A DNA stretch of 64,000 nt from assembly GCA_025786725.1 (NCBI GenBank), contig JAHLTZ010000021.1, positions 372,001 through 436,000 of the forward strand, in the 5' to 3' direction. Made by a program: the position numbers and the translations under genes. Every line of letters starts with the position of its first letter. The first letter of the stretch is position 1. This stretch comes from Syncephalis fuscata S228 (taxonomy: Eukaryota; Fungi; Zoopagomycota). The notes beneath the pieces were generated by a model that was given only the letters and a program-made list of their open reading frames with translations, had not been told where the DNA came from and made no database searches. Below are positions 62,012-64,000 of the stretch, piece after piece.

Positions 62012-62588
62012 TTAAATAACCACTAACACTATCTATATAGTATATATGGAGTGTACATGTAATGGATATATGCTGTCAAGTGTGAAGAAAGAGAAAGGGA
62101 AATGTGATGACGTAGATTGTGAGCTGTGAGCCTGTCAGTCAATATTTATAAACAGTCGAGTTTAATTGATTAATAAATGGAGTGTAAATAATAAAAGTCA
62201 ATCTACCCAACATGTCGGTACATCATAGAACAGATTAATAGTAAATGAATAAATGCATTGAGAATAAAAGTCATTTAGCACAAGTAGACAATATTATAAA
62301 ACATATATTTAGTATAATAGCGAGTGTAATAAAAGATTAATTAAACATAATAAAGTCATTTACACCTAAAAAAACACTCATTATCATAGAATATAATTTC
62401 AGTATGATAGTGAATGTATTAAAAGAATAAATGGCAAGCAATAAAGACAAGCACAGTCATAGAATATACCAACTATTATTGCATCATAGAATATACAAGA
62501 TGGCTTACAAACAAAATAAATTATTTTATAAACAACCACATGTTATACCAATAAAATAGTATCTTTATTCACTATTTCAAATCAACTA

Positions 62589-64000
62589 TTAAGCAGCAGT
62601 TGCCACTTTGCCCTTCTTGGCCGTCTTCTTCTTAGAGGAAGCCGGCTGCTTTGACTTAGTTGTTGTTTCAGCCTTTTCAGCTGTTGTCTCCTCTTTCGCT
62701 GCTTTGACAGTATTATCTTTAGTGTCAGCATCCGGAGTATTTAGCAATTGGCCACTTAATACTTCGTTAAGTACTTTTTCCGCTTCTGCCAACTCGGCTT
62801 CTAGTTTGGCCTCGGCAGCCTTCAAATCGAATTCTTCGCCTGCTTCTTCAGCTTCCTTTCGTCGCTTCTCCAAATCTTTAAAGCTTTCAGCGCGTTGTTC
62901 CTTCATCGCGCTCTCCATTGCCTCCTGTATAATACTGTCCATATTAAATTTCTCGCCACCCATTAAGCCAGCTAGTTCATCGCCAAGCTCGTCTTTAGCA
63001 TCTCCGGAGCCGGCTTTAGCTTTATCAGCAATATCAGCAAGTGATTCAAGCTGCTTCTTTAAATCTTTTAACTGATCAAGGTCAGGTAAAGCTGGCGTAT
63101 CCTCTTGCTGCTTCTCCTCTTGCTGCTTCTTCTTTGGCTGCTTTTTATTGGCAGCAGGAGCCTTCTTGGTCTTTACCTCCTCATCCTTAGTTGGCGATTT
63201 CACCTTAGTATTTTGCTTCTTTGCAGCTTCTTTCTTTTTATCAGATTTTACTGGTGAATCTTTAGCTTTCTTGGCCTTTTTAGCGGCATTCTCCTTCTTC
63301 TTTTCCTCGTTCTTACGCTCAGCCTCTAGCTTGGCTTGACGTTCGGCTTCTTCCTTCTCTTCTTTGGCCTTTAGCTCTTCGGCCTCTTTCTTCTTGCGCG
63401 CTTCCTCCTTGCGCTTGCGCTCGGCAGCTTCTTTAGCTTTGCGCTCAGCTTCTTCCTTCTTTTTACGTTCAGCTTCTTTAGCTTTGCGTTCAGCTTCTTC
63501 CTTGGCTTTGCGTTCAGCTTCTTCCTTGGCTTTGCGTTCAGCTTCTTCTTTAGCTTTACGCTCTGCCTCTTCGCGTGCACGTTGTTTACGCAGCGCCTCT
63601 TCAACACGAGCACGAGCTTCAGCTTCTTCGCGTTCACGACGTAGCGCAAATTCGGCATCAATTTCTGCTTGTGTTGGTACAAAGCCAGCGTAGGCAATGG
63701 CATCGTAGCTTCGATCACGAACTAGCTGAACGTATGGGCCAAGTGACTCGGCAGCATGTTCATTATACAAATCTACTGTTTTTTGGCCAAGATTTTGCAC
63801 ATGTGGGTGCAAATGATGAACATAAATATGTTTTGCGCCATGCCAGGCACGCTTAGTAGCAGGTAAAGCATAATCACGCACTGCTGGGCCAACATGCTTG
63901 GTAACTACAAATGTTGTGGCTTTATAGACGTGTTTGCCATATGGGTACGCATATTTGGTATAGACATGCGAAACTGTAGGTGCTACATGCTGATTATAAG
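62589..64000 (-). CDS. 5'-partial protein with Y/H-x-x-x-V-x-P helical repeats and a long E/K/A/R-rich region
   Basis: Frame stays open to the window edge (YNQHVAPTVSHVYTKYAYPYGKHVY...HVGPAVRDYALP), so the start lies outside the window; (EEAERKAK)n repeats; acidic/basic tail. Confidence 0.75.
   Translation of the reverse strand, partial: YNQHVAPTVSHVYTKYAYPYGKHVYKATTFVVTKHVGPAVRDYALPATKRAWHGAKHIYVHHLHPHVQNLGQKTVDLYNEHAAESLGPYVQLVRDRSYDAIAYAGFVPTQAEIDAEFALRREREEAEARARVEEALRKQRAREEAERKAKEEAERKAKEEAERKAKEEAERKAKEAERKKKEEAERKAKEAAERKRKEEARKKKEAEELKAKEEKEEAERQAKLEAERKNEEKKKENAAKKAKKAKDSPVKSDKKKEAAKKQNTKVKSPTKDEEVKTKKAPAANKKQPKKKQQEEKQQEDTPALPDLDQLKDLKKQLESLADIADKAKAGSGDAKDELGDELAGLMGGEKFNMDSIIQEAMESAMKEQRAESFKDLEKRRKEAEEAGEEFDLKAAEAKLEAELAEAEKVLNEVLSGQLLNTPDADTKDNTVKAAKEETTAEKAETTTKSKQPASSKKKTAKKGKVATAA
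63364..63570 (-). repeat. Coding minisatellite, 21-24-nt units encoding (E)EAERKAK
   Basis: Repeated CTTTGCGTTCAGCTTCTTCCTTGG-like units on the + strand. Confidence 0.85.

Noticed and set aside
1-64000. tRNA, rRNA or CRISPR arrays
   Set aside because: None recognised by eye; the repeats present are LTRs, a tandem gene duplication and microsatellites.

Overview
Compact, AT-rich eukaryotic DNA with many short introns (~50-70 nt, often with (AT)n tracts). Gene content and intron style point to an early-diverging fungus, plausibly Zoopagomycota such as Syncephalis (inference only). The window holds about 20 spliced genes: an arrestin-like fragment, dynactin p150, TRS85/TRAPPC8, Kish, UTP22, a GPI-anchored orphan, CDC23, NNF1, MRE11, NDUFAF7, an MTC4-like gene, MAK5/DDX24, an animal-type PITP, an RRG8-like gene, a leucine-dehydrogenase-like enzyme, FAR11/STRIP, RFWD3, a TRP/Yvc1-like channel and a partial charged-repeat protein. 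It also has a tandem pair of F-box-like genes with patchwork divergence, a decayed third copy, and one intact, very young Ty3/Gypsy LTR retrotransposon (identical 193-bp LTRs, ATGAC target-site duplication). Main observations: (1) two introns with the minor-spliceosome (U12) donor GTATCCTTT, in TRS85 and FAR11; (2) a -1 gag-pol frameshift cassette, G_GAA_AAC followed by a predicted H-type pseudoknot; (3) cassette-like hypervariable blocks in otherwise near-identical F-box-like paralogs, and transition-biased decay of the third copy; (4) an 8-nt microexon in PITP; (5) four single-base gaps clustered in MRE11/NDUFAF7, probably consensus errors. All exon structures and family calls were made by eye, without database searches.
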